Shown here: positions 9,541 to 17,633 of the stretch, piece by piece
Position numbering within the stretch: the stretch's first letter is position 1
Layout of the letters: each line of letters opens with the position of its first letter
From: Deltaproteobacteria bacterium TL4
GTDB lineage: Bacteria > SAR324 > NAC60-12
Length of the DNA stretch: 44,473 nucleotides
Reading direction: 5' to 3'
Assembly: GCA_051382335.1 (NCBI GenBank)
Contig: JBBCAX010000271.1
Coordinates: 1 to 44,473 of the forward strand
The notes under the pieces: model-generated
What the model saw: only the letters and a program-made list of their open reading frames with translations
Told to the model about the DNA's origin: nothing
Databases searched by the model: none
Translations under genes and position numbers: made by a program

Positions 9541-9691
9541 GGGGTTGGTCGTAAGTTCGGCCATGTGTTAAAAAACGGTCTTTGATTTACCACCTGGTTT
9601 GGATTTTGTTCCGTAGGGGCAGTCTGCCCGGGATCAGGGCGAACACACAGGTTCGCCCCTACAATTTGTGGCCGAAAATGTGACCAACCCC
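9541..9691. mobile_element. 151-bp MITE-like element, same TIR family as 636-751, different REP cargo
   Basis: TIRs GGGGTTGGTCGTAAGTTCGGCCA and TGGCCGAAAATGTGACCAACCCC match 19/23. TSD GAACGTTT/GAACATTT (7/8). Cargo GTAGGGGC...GGGCGAACACACAGGTTCGCCCCTAC at 9613-9662. Confidence 0.82.
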
Positions 9692-9746
9692 GAACATTTT
9701 CTCGTAAACCACTGAAATCATGCGAGCTGTGCAGGTGGTTTGAAAA

Positions 9747-9852
9747 TTAACCACGAAAAACACGAAATAAATGATTTTTTAATAAATGAATTCCTCCGTG
9801 AAACCCTATTTTGCAGGTTTTATTTCGTGTTTTTCGTGTTTTTCGTGGTTAA
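9747..9852. repeat. Inverted pair of 9-mer tandem repeats (AACCACGAAAAACACGAAA ... TTTCGTGTTTTTCGTGTTTTTCGTGGTT)
   Basis: Directly visible. Resembles, from recollection, the TTKNTK/FVFFVV-type repeats that flank GxxExxY genes. Confidence 0.8.
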
Positions 9853-9858
9853 AAAAAG

Positions 9859-10009
9859 GGCTACCGGTCTAAAGTGGGACAAAAACGTAGGTTGGGTAGA
9901 GCGTAGCGAAACCCAACGAAAAACGGACATTACTGCCTGGATGTTGGGTTTCGCTACCGCTCTACCCAACCTACTGAAATGATGGCTGTCCCGTCTTAGG
10001 CCAGTCGCC
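9859..10009. mobile_element. 151-bp MITE-like element with GGC-type 23-bp TIRs, 8-bp TSD and REP doublet
   Basis: TIRs 9859-9881 and 9987-10009 match 17/23. Perfect AAAAAAAG at 9851-9858 and 10010-10017. REP pair GTAGGTTGGGTAGAGCGTAGCGAAACCCAAC at 9887-9917 and 9943-9974. Confidence 0.82.
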
Positions 10010-10054
10010 AAAAAAAGGTACCTGCACAGGTGGAAATCATGGACTTCGCCCTGG

Positions 10055-10127
10055 GTCATTTCGACCAGAGGGAGAAAAATTAAGTCATTGATATCACGTA
10101 AGAGAGCTTACTATCGTTCGAGAGGAC
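10055..10127. repeat. Degenerate GTCATTTCGAC..AGGGAGAAA-type palindromic repeat, native cargo of the outer element
   Basis: GTCATTTCGA...TCGAGAGGAC imperfect inverted ends; family recognised from memory. Confidence 0.5.
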
Positions 10128-10184
10128 ACAGCGAAATGTTCAAAGTCCAGTAACTACATTTAATCTTTAAACAAAGAGGTCTCT

Positions 10185-10469
10185 ATGCGAGTTATGAATG
10201 CAACTGAAGTGAGAAAGCAGTGGTTCCAGATTATTCGTGAGGGTGAAGAGGTGGAAATTACTCATCCAGAAAGAACCATGGCTCTAATACCCAAAGAAGA
10301 GCTTGATGAGAAAAATCGACTGATCAATGAACTTGAGAAACAACTCTTAGTAAAAGAAATGGATGAAGCGTTAGCGAAACCTCACAAATGGTATACGACA
10401 GAACAAGTCGAAGCCATGCTAGCAGAAGTCTTATCTAAAAAGGAGAAGACGCTTGGCAAAATGGATTGA
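10185..10469 (+). CDS. Phd/YefM-family antitoxin
   Basis: N-terminal MRVMNATEVRK.W..II...EEVEIT......LIP..E; acidic C-terminus; AGAGG RBS; overlaps toxin ORF. Confidence 0.8.
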   Translation: MRVMNATEVRKQWFQIIREGEEVEITHPERTMALIPKEELDEKNRLINELEKQLLVKEMDEALAKPHKWYTTEQVEAMLAEVLSKKEKTLGKMD

Positions 10470-10716
10470 TACCGTTACTAGAATTATTGTGCAATTGATG
10501 GAACAAGATGCGGAGTTAGCCAAGACAATATTGCTAACGATTAAACGTCTTGAGCGTAAGCCAACACTTGGTGACTATATTCAAGAAACGTATAGAGTTT
10601 ATTACGATCAAGAAAAACGGTTTCGTATAGGCTATAATTTTCATCCAGAAGCCGAAGAAATAGAAATAGTGGCACTACATATTGCTTCTCCAAAATTAAA
10701 ATCAGCTAACAAATGA
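10453..10716 (+). CDS. Divergent RelE/ParE-superfamily toxin
   Basis: 87 aa; I..L...P..G...YR......FRI.Y.......I.I pattern; AGGAGA RBS; coupled to the antitoxin. Confidence 0.7.
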   Translation: MAKWIDTVTRIIVQLMEQDAELAKTILLTIKRLERKPTLGDYIQETYRVYYDQEKRFRIGYNFHPEAEEIEIVALHIASPKLKSANK

Positions 10717-10756
10717 ATATCTGCTGTAAATTCTCAAGAATTTCAGCAGATATTCA
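10714..10756. terminator. Long hairpin after TA operon, possible terminator
   Basis: TGAATATCTGCTG...CAGCAGATATTCA 13-bp perfect outer stem; no clear U-tract. Confidence 0.5.
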
Positions 10757-10896
10757 GGTCAAGGTCTCAAGAATCGAAATGATTTCATTCATCCTTTTCA
10801 CTTGTAAATATGTTGCAATCCTAATAATATTCCGACGCTTTTGATCTTATAGAATGTATTTTAGGAGATAGAATGAGCAATTATTTGGAGTTTTAG

Positions 10897-11658
10897 ATGA
10901 AGCTGAGTGTAGTGATTCCCGCACACAATGAGGAAGAAGTTATTGAGCCGACTCTTCGTTCCCTGTCCCAAGCACTTTGCTGCGCGAAAATTGAGCACGA
11001 ACTGGTTGTCATCAATGATCACTCTAACGATCGGACGGAAGAAATCCTGCAACAACTGCAAACGTCCATTCCCTCGTTAAGTTACAAGAACAACGAATTT
11101 CCTGGAGGGTACGGATTTGCGGTTCGTTTTGGTTTGGATCATGCGTCTGGAGACTGTATTGCGGTGATGATGTCTGATGCGTCAGACGCTCCTCAAGATC
11201 TCATCAACTTTTATCATAAGATGCAGGAAGGCTACGATGCTGTTTTTGGCTCACGGTTCATTAAAGGAGGGAACACCGTAGATTATCCGAAATTTAAATT
11301 ATTCCTCAATCGTTTGGCGAATTGGTTCATTAAACTGCTCTTTGGCATCAGGTACAATGATGTAACCAATGCCTTCAAGCTGTATCGTATGTCAACAATT
11401 CGCGGCTTACGCCCTTTTTTGAGTTCTCATTTTAACTTAACCGTGGAGTTACCCTTGAAGGTAATCACACGTGGGTATTCTTATGCGGTATTGCCCAATA
11501 CATGGGTTAATCGTTCAGCCGGCGTATCCAAGTTAAAGCTCAAAGAAATGGGAAGTCGATACCTTTTTATTGTGTTGTATTGCCTGGTTGAAAAATGGCT
11601 TTCCGCTGGTGATTACAAAAAGGGGAATTCCCTTCCTCCTCAAAAACCTCGTCTCTAA
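10897..11658 (+). CDS. GT2 glycosyltransferase, DPM1-like polyprenol-phosphate glycosyltransferase
   Basis: SVVIPAHNEE, INDHS.D.T, G.G.AVR.G, D.SD, VFGSRF, R..G.SK. Confidence 0.92.
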   Translation: MKLSVVIPAHNEEEVIEPTLRSLSQALCCAKIEHELVVINDHSNDRTEEILQQLQTSIPSLSYKNNEFPGGYGFAVRFGLDHASGDCIAVMMSDASDAPQDLINFYHKMQEGYDAVFGSRFIKGGNTVDYPKFKLFLNRLANWFIKLLFGIRYNDVTNAFKLYRMSTIRGLRPFLSSHFNLTVELPLKVITRGYSYAVLPNTWVNRSAGVSKLKLKEMGSRYLFIVLYCLVEKWLSAGDYKKGNSLPPQKPRL

Positions 11659-13473
11659 ATGAAGGTGCTCATTATTATAAAGCGTATTTTGTTAGCAATA
11701 GGCGTATTGATTCCGTTCACATTGCTCCTTTTCGTGGCACAACATTTCAAGATCAATGTTCCCTTGAATGATGAGTGGGAGTTACTTCCTGTTTTTGAGC
11801 GTTTGGAGCAAAAAACGCTGTCCTTTCAAGAATTGTTTAGCCAGCACAATGAGCATCGTATTTTTTTTCCGCGAATAATTTTTCTCATGCTCGCCAAGTT
11901 GAATCTTTGGAACACGCCTGTCCTGATCGGGATTCATATCAGTCTTGCCGTCATCATCTTTCTGTTGACTGTATTGATCGCCACTCGAAACAGTTCGCTG
12001 GACCAGGAATGGTTTTCCTTGAGTTTGAGCGGGATGTTGATCTTTTCCATCAATCAGTATGAAAATTGGTTTTGGGGTTTTCAACTGACCTGGTTTTTAA
12101 TCAACGTTTGCTTTATGCTTGCGGTTTATTTGATTCATCGTCAGCAAACGTTAAGCACGCTACGTTTATGGGGGGGCGCTGTGTTTTGTACGATCGCCAG
12201 CTTCTCCTCTGCTCATGGTTTGTTGACGTGGTTCGCTTTGGTTCCTTCCATCTACCTTTTGTCTCAAAAGCAAGAAAACCGAAATAAGCACTTAAGCCTT
12301 TGGGTGCTGCTAACCATAGCGGTTTGGACGAGTTACTTTTGGAATTACCATAAGCCTGGAGGACATCCCGATTTAACGGTCATTCTTTACAATCCCACAC
12401 TTGCGTTCAAGTACATCTTTGCCTTGCTGGGATCCCTATTCGGAAGTGTTCCCCTTTTATGTATGTGGATTGGTGGTATGGGCTGTGCGCTTTTTGGATA
12501 TTTTTTGAAAACAGGATATGGGTCTCTGCCCAAAACAGGACCTTCGCACTTGGTATCCAGACTTCTGCCCTGGCTTTCCATGGGGTTGTTTAGTCTGGGT
12601 TTTGCAACCATTACCGCTTTGGGTCGTGCGGACTTTGGAGAGTCACAGGCTCTTTCATCCCGGTACACCTCAATTGCCCTCTATTTATGGCTGGCAGTGC
12701 TTCATATCGGCTGGATTATCTCCAGACAAGGGTTGCCTCAACTTCCCTCTTCTGTAGTCGTCAAGAGCCTTGTCCTTGTGAAACAAGTGCTGAAAATAGA
12801 TCCTGCGTCGAACGTTCCTTTGAATCTCTCAGAAATTTACAGCAAGATTTTCAAAACAGAATATATATTAGGAAGTGGTATTTTGTTTTTACTGTTTATT
12901 GCCAATCTACCCGCTGTATTTTCCAAAATTTATCAGGATCGGGACCAACGTCAATATGGCAATACTTGTCTTCAGTTCATCAACCTCATTCCAGAAACGC
13001 AATGTCCTCAAACCCTCTATCCTTGGCCTGGGATTATTCCTTCCAGAATCACCACATTGGAACTGATTACACCGAGAAGACTTCTAAACCATGTGAGTTT
13101 TAAGTCAGAAGTCCTGATCCCAGGAGCCATTGAGCTGAGCCAGTCGGGGAGGTCGAAAGAAGTCCCCGGAGAATTGCTCCTTAACGGATGGGTTCAGTCT
13201 CAGGATTTCCTCCCTGTTATTACGATTCAAACACGGTCTAAGCTACCCCAGCTCTATAAGGTTGCACGAGCGGTTCCCCAAGAAACATGGTGGTCTCCAT
13301 TCTTTTCTGCGAATTTCAATCGCACTCAATGGCAGCTTAATGTACCGGAGGCGCTTCTTTCCGAACCTCAGACCCTCCTGAAAGCCTGGATTTACCATCC
13401 TCAGCAGCAGGCTTTATTCCCTTTAGAAAATGAGTTTTTTCTTCCAGGTGTTTTAAAATCAGAGTCACCATGA
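11659..13473 (+). CDS. Polytopic membrane protein, probable GT-C-type glycosyltransferase
   Basis: First-loop P..DEW and QHNEHR motifs, about 11-12 TM segments, SRY motif, soluble C-terminal domain; abuts GT2. Confidence 0.65.
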   Translation: MKVLIIIKRILLAIGVLIPFTLLLFVAQHFKINVPLNDEWELLPVFERLEQKTLSFQELFSQHNEHRIFFPRIIFLMLAKLNLWNTPVLIGIHISLAVIIFLLTVLIATRNSSLDQEWFSLSLSGMLIFSINQYENWFWGFQLTWFLINVCFMLAVYLIHRQQTLSTLRLWGGAVFCTIASFSSAHGLLTWFALVPSIYLLSQKQENRNKHLSLWVLLTIAVWTSYFWNYHKPGGHPDLTVILYNPTLAFKYIFALLGSLFGSVPLLCMWIGGMGCALFGYFLKTGYGSLPKTGPSHLVSRLLPWLSMGLFSLGFATITALGRADFGESQALSSRYTSIALYLWLAVLHIGWIISRQGLPQLPSSVVVKSLVLVKQVLKIDPASNVPLNLSEIYSKIFKTEYILGSGILFLLFIANLPAVFSKIYQDRDQRQYGNTCLQFINLIPETQCPQTLYPWPGIIPSRITTLELITPRRLLNHVSFKSEVLIPGAIELSQSGRSKEVPGELLLNGWVQSQDFLPVITIQTRSKLPQLYKVARAVPQETWWSPFFSANFNRTQWQLNVPEALLSEPQTLLKAWIYHPQQQALFPLENEFFLPGVLKSESP

Positions 13474-14685
13474 TATTTTAAATTCCGCCCCAATTTTTAG
13501 GCGGATTTGAACGGATTGTACCCCGTTGATATTCAAAGGTGTAGAGGTCAAATGTTGGTGGTTGAAGCGCCCTTGTTGACGGTATTGAGGCATTCGAAAT
13601 ACGGTACGTATTACTTTAAGTTCGGGCTCTGTCCACGTTCCGGATAACTTTTCCAACAACAGACGCAGTTCATGTTTATCAACGATCTTGTCTTTCAGGG
13701 ATTCCAATAGCGCGATTTGAGGTTCCGCCCATTCCAGACGCTTTAACTCTTCCAAGCCCTGATTTTGAATTTGATAACTTCCAGCAAACAACAAATATTC
13801 CTTATGCCATTCCTGTTTTTCCGAAGTTCGGAAGGACATTTCTTTTAATATTTGTTGCCTCTCTCCCAAAAAGCGGATCCACTCAATTTCCAATTGAGAA
13901 TCCCACCGCAGGTCAAACTGGAATCCTATTTGACGGAGGGTACTTATGGTTGTCAGCGGAAAAGTGACCGTATGATATTCTCCATCGGCAATACCCTTAA
14001 ATTCTGAGGGTATTTGCTTAAAATCATGATAACTTTCGTAAGTAACGGCCTTGTTGGACGCTGAAAAAACGAATGCGGAAGGAACAAGGTAAGGGGAATA
14101 GAAATAATAGTGTATCCATAGCAATAAGCTGAGTCCGCTGACCACAATTCCTGAAATCAACCATTTTTTGTGCGATTTTAAATAGCGTTTAATCCTTAAG
14201 AAAGGAAACGTCAACATCCGTTCAAAGCGGGAAAACTTCAAACATTCAAGGACCAATCTCGCTCGCAATGAATTTTCGAGGCGGGGTTCTTGTTCAATCC
14301 ATAGAGCCACAATCCAATGCTTAAGCTTCTTTAGAGATTGTTGATATTCCCAAAATATGTTCAGACGCTGTATCCAGTAGAGATTGAGGACCCACTGATT
14401 GGGGGCTTGATCGTCACTCCATTGAAGGGTTTTTTTCAGGAAAAAACTAAAGGCAGAGCGAGTTTGCCATTGCAGATTACAATAAACTGGATTAAAGTGC
14501 GCCAGACAGGCGTGGAAACTTTGGAAAGAAGAACTGAGTAATTCAATATTCTGAGGTATTGTTTGTGAAGACTCCTGACTCAAGTATCTGACAAAGGACT
14601 GATTGGCCTGGGCATAAGAGTCAAGAACGTTTTTCCACATCAGGATGAACTTGTATTCAGCAATGTCATTGGGTTTGTTTTTCAT
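13465..14685 (-). CDS. Hypothetical protein with one central TM helix
   Basis: 406-aa ORF; hydrophobic WLISGIVVSGLSLLLWIHYYF. Confidence 0.7.
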   Translation of the reverse strand: MKNKPNDIAEYKFILMWKNVLDSYAQANQSFVRYLSQESSQTIPQNIELLSSSFQSFHACLAHFNPVYCNLQWQTRSAFSFFLKKTLQWSDDQAPNQWVLNLYWIQRLNIFWEYQQSLKKLKHWIVALWIEQEPRLENSLRARLVLECLKFSRFERMLTFPFLRIKRYLKSHKKWLISGIVVSGLSLLLWIHYYFYSPYLVPSAFVFSASNKAVTYESYHDFKQIPSEFKGIADGEYHTVTFPLTTISTLRQIGFQFDLRWDSQLEIEWIRFLGERQQILKEMSFRTSEKQEWHKEYLLFAGSYQIQNQGLEELKRLEWAEPQIALLESLKDKIVDKHELRLLLEKLSGTWTEPELKVIRTVFRMPQYRQQGRFNHQHLTSTPLNINGVQSVQIRLKIGAEFKISW

Positions 14686-14836
14686 AACCGCTTATAGTAA
14701 AAAGATCACATTCCATTGACTATAATGGATGCTCTCCTCTTTTTTGAAATAATGAATGATGATGACGTAATATCACTACTTTCTCTAAAATCATTCAAAA
14801 GATCAACTCTGAACCTTATCAAAAAAAGAAATTAAC

Positions 14837-15904
14837 ATGTCTCTTGCGATTGTCACTGGTGCCGCGGGTTTAATTGGCTCTGAAGCGGTTCGTTTTTTTG
14901 CCGAAAAAGGTCTCTCTGTTGTGGGGGTTGATAACAATTTCCGCGAAGTCTTTTTTGGTTCTGAAGCCTCAACCGAATGGAATCGAAAACGACTGGAACG
15001 TGAGGTACAAGGCTATCAGCATGTAGGAGCAGACATTCGCGATATTCCTGCGATGGAGGCTCTGTTCAGTGAATATAACACCGACATTAAGGTCATTATT
15101 CATACAGCAGCCCAGCCTTCTCATGATTGGGCCGCCAAAGATCCTTTTATGGATTTCACGGTCAATGCGAATGGAACCCTGGTTTTGCTTGAAATGACCC
15201 GAAAATATTGCCCTGAGGCCGTTTTTATTTACACTTCAACCAATAAGGTTTATGGCGACACCCCCAATTATTTGCCTCTTGTGGAGCACGAAACCCGTTG
15301 GGAAATCCGTGAAGATCATCAGTATTACGAACGGGGTATTGATGAATCGATGAGTATTGATCACACGAAACACAGTTTATTTGGAGCCTCCAAAGCCGCG
15401 GCCGATTTAGTGACCCAAGAATATGGGCGTTATTTTGGAATGAAAACCGGAATTTTTCGCGGAGGGTGTCTTACAGGTCCGAATCATTCGGGAACCCAAT
15501 TACATGGGTTTTTGGCGTATTTGGTTAAATGTGTTCTCACCGGAACGCCTTATACGGTATTGGGTTACCAAGGCAAACAAGTCCGTGACAATATCCACAG
15601 TTATGATTTAGTCCATGCTCTCTGGCATTTTTATCAAAATCCTCGAGCCGGCGAAGTTTACAATATTGGAGGAAGCCGTCATTCGAACTGTTCAATGTTG
15701 GAGGCGATCCTCCAGTGTGAGCAGTTGACAGGACAGAAACTCAAATGGTCTTACGAGGAAAATAATCGTATAGGCGACCATATCTGGTGGATCAGTGATG
15801 TCCAAAAATTTAAATCCCATTACTCTGAGTGGCAATTCCGTTACAATTTGGAAGATATCTTGACTCAGATCATTGATGCCCTTTCACAAAGAGAAAAGGT
15901 CTAA
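14837..15904 (+). CDS. NAD-dependent epimerase/dehydratase, CDP-paratose 2-epimerase-like SDR
   Basis: [42 protein letters not shown]. Confidence 0.9.
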   Translation: MSLAIVTGAAGLIGSEAVRFFAEKGLSVVGVDNNFREVFFGSEASTEWNRKRLEREVQGYQHVGADIRDIPAMEALFSEYNTDIKVIIHTAAQPSHDWAAKDPFMDFTVNANGTLVLLEMTRKYCPEAVFIYTSTNKVYGDTPNYLPLVEHETRWEIREDHQYYERGIDESMSIDHTKHSLFGASKAAADLVTQEYGRYFGMKTGIFRGGCLTGPNHSGTQLHGFLAYLVKCVLTGTPYTVLGYQGKQVRDNIHSYDLVHALWHFYQNPRAGEVYNIGGSRHSNCSMLEAILQCEQLTGQKLKWSYEENNRIGDHIWWISDVQKFKSHYSEWQFRYNLEDILTQIIDALSQREKV

Positions 15905-15924
15905 CGTTTGTCCCCACATTTTCT

Positions 15925-17412
15925 ATGAAAACTATTGAAGTTGCTATTATTGGTGCCGGACCTGCAGGTTTGACCGCCGCGTACCTACTTTCCAAACACG
16001 GTATTCCTGTGATCGTTTTTGAAGCGGATCCTGAATACGTTGGCGGGATTTCTAAAACTGCGAATTATAAAGGCTTTCATTTCGATATTGGCGGACATCG
16101 CTTTTTTTCAAAATCCCGGGAAGTTGAGGATTTTTGGACCGAAATTCTGCCTCATGACATGCTGGAACGTCCTCGCTCTTCAAGAATCTTTTATCGTGGT
16201 AAATACTTCTCCTATCCGCTTAAAGCGGTTGAAGCTTTGTTGAATTTGGGCATTGTTGAAGCAATCTTGTGTATCCTTTCTTACTTAAAGGCCCAATTAT
16301 TTCCTGTAACCAAGCCTAAAAACTTTGAGGACTGGGTTAGTAATCAATTCGGGAAACGGTTATTTAATATTTTCTTCAAAACCTATACCGAAAAAGTATG
16401 GGGCATGAGTTGCAAAGATATTTCCGCTGATTGGGCCGCACAACGAATCAAAGGACTTTCCCTTGCGTCCGCCGTTTTTAACGCGCTGTTGCCCAAACGT
16501 AAACCCAAAGATCGAAGTAAAGTCATCAAGACCTTGATCGACGCCTTTCGATATCCTCGCAAAGGTCCAGGCATGATGTGGGAAACCTGTGCCCAAAAAA
16601 TTGAAGGGCTGGGGGGAGTTGTTCAAATGGGGAGTCCTGTAACAGGGGGTGCTTTTGATGAACAAACACAATTATGGACGATTGCTTTTGAAACTCGGGA
16701 AAAAGGAAGGGAATCCGTTCAAGCCCGTCACGTCATTTCATCCGCACCGTTAAGGGAACTGATCCTTTCGTTAAAACCGCAATTAGCGGATGAAGTCTTA
16801 AAGGCGGCAAGAGCCTTAAAATACCGTGATTTTTTGACAGTCATGTTGATTTTGAAAGATACTCAGCTCTTTTCTGATAATTGGATCTACATCCATGATC
16901 CTGGGGTTCAAGTCGGCAGAATTCAAAATTTTAAATCCTGGTCCCCTGAAATGGTTCCTGATCCTGCGCTGTGCTGCTACGGGTTAGAGTATTTTTGTTT
17001 TGAAGGTGACAATTTATGGGAATCCAAGGATCAGGCTCTGATTGAAAAAGCCAAAGAGGAGTTAGAAAAAATAGGCCTCGCCAAAGTTGAAGACATTATG
17101 GATGGTTGTGTTGTCCGCCAAAAGAAAGCTTACCCTGTTTACGATGAATCTTATGCGGATCATGTCAGCACGATCCGTCAAGCTCTTGAAAAACAGTTTC
17201 CAACGCTGCATGTCATTGGACGTAACGGAATGCATAAGTATAATAACCAGGATCATGCCATGATGACGGCCATGTTAACGGTGTCCAATATTGAAGCAGG
17301 AAAAAGAGTTTATGATGTGTGGCAAGTCAACGAGGATGCGGAGTATCATGAGTCTGGAGAGGCCGGAACTGAAAACCTTTCAACAGGCAGACGGCAAACT
17401 CCATCTTCATGA
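15925..17412 (+). CDS. FAD-dependent oxidoreductase, UDP-galactopyranose mutase/protoporphyrinogen oxidase-like fold
   Basis: [49 protein letters not shown]. Confidence 0.88.
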   Translation: MKTIEVAIIGAGPAGLTAAYLLSKHGIPVIVFEADPEYVGGISKTANYKGFHFDIGGHRFFSKSREVEDFWTEILPHDMLERPRSSRIFYRGKYFSYPLKAVEALLNLGIVEAILCILSYLKAQLFPVTKPKNFEDWVSNQFGKRLFNIFFKTYTEKVWGMSCKDISADWAAQRIKGLSLASAVFNALLPKRKPKDRSKVIKTLIDAFRYPRKGPGMMWETCAQKIEGLGGVVQMGSPVTGGAFDEQTQLWTIAFETREKGRESVQARHVISSAPLRELILSLKPQLADEVLKAARALKYRDFLTVMLILKDTQLFSDNWIYIHDPGVQVGRIQNFKSWSPEMVPDPALCCYGLEYFCFEGDNLWESKDQALIEKAKEELEKIGLAKVEDIMDGCVVRQKKAYPVYDESYADHVSTIRQALEKQFPTLHVIGRNGMHKYNNQDHAMMTAMLTVSNIEAGKRVYDVWQVNEDAEYHESGEAGTENLSTGRRQTPSS

Positions 17413-17496
17413 CAAATGAATCATCTCTATTCGCTTCTGGGCTTTGAGAAGCTTATAGATCTCTTTTCTTGCTTCTGTAGCTGTTATTGATGTCAT
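17407..17496 (-). pseudogene. Truncated Phd/YefM-like antitoxin (29 aa), absent from ORF track
   Basis: AAGGAGG RBS then [29 protein letters not shown]; upstream TACGTACGT operator-like palindrome. Confidence 0.7.
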
Positions 17497-17633
17497 AGTC
17501 CTCCTTGAATCAAAGTTTATGTCTCTCATAAGCGTATTACAGACGTACGTAAATCAAATCTTGATTGAATCATTGGGACGAGGTTGTCCGTGAAAGATAT
17601 TTCTTGGATTTCAAAAATTCTGCGGGTTCCGGC

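Larger units (their letters stand above)
9723..10032. mobile_element. Nested element with short IRs (CTGTGCAGGT) and 9-bp direct repeat
   Basis: GAAATCATG at 9714-9722 and 10033-10041; CTGTGCAGGT/ACCTGCACAG inverted pair at the ends. Confidence 0.65.
9524..10150. mobile_element. Outer MITE-like element with 17-bp TIRs and TA duplication (IS630-like ends), hosting three nested inserts
   Basis: Left TA|CTGGGCTTTGAAC(G/A)TTT; right AAATGTTCAAAGTCCAG|TA. Confidence 0.7.

Noticed and set aside
9740..10059. ORFs 9740-9982 (+) and 9820-10059 (-)
   Set aside because: Translations of palindromic repeats (FVFFVFFVV/TKNTKNTK, VGWVERSETQ); not credible proteins.
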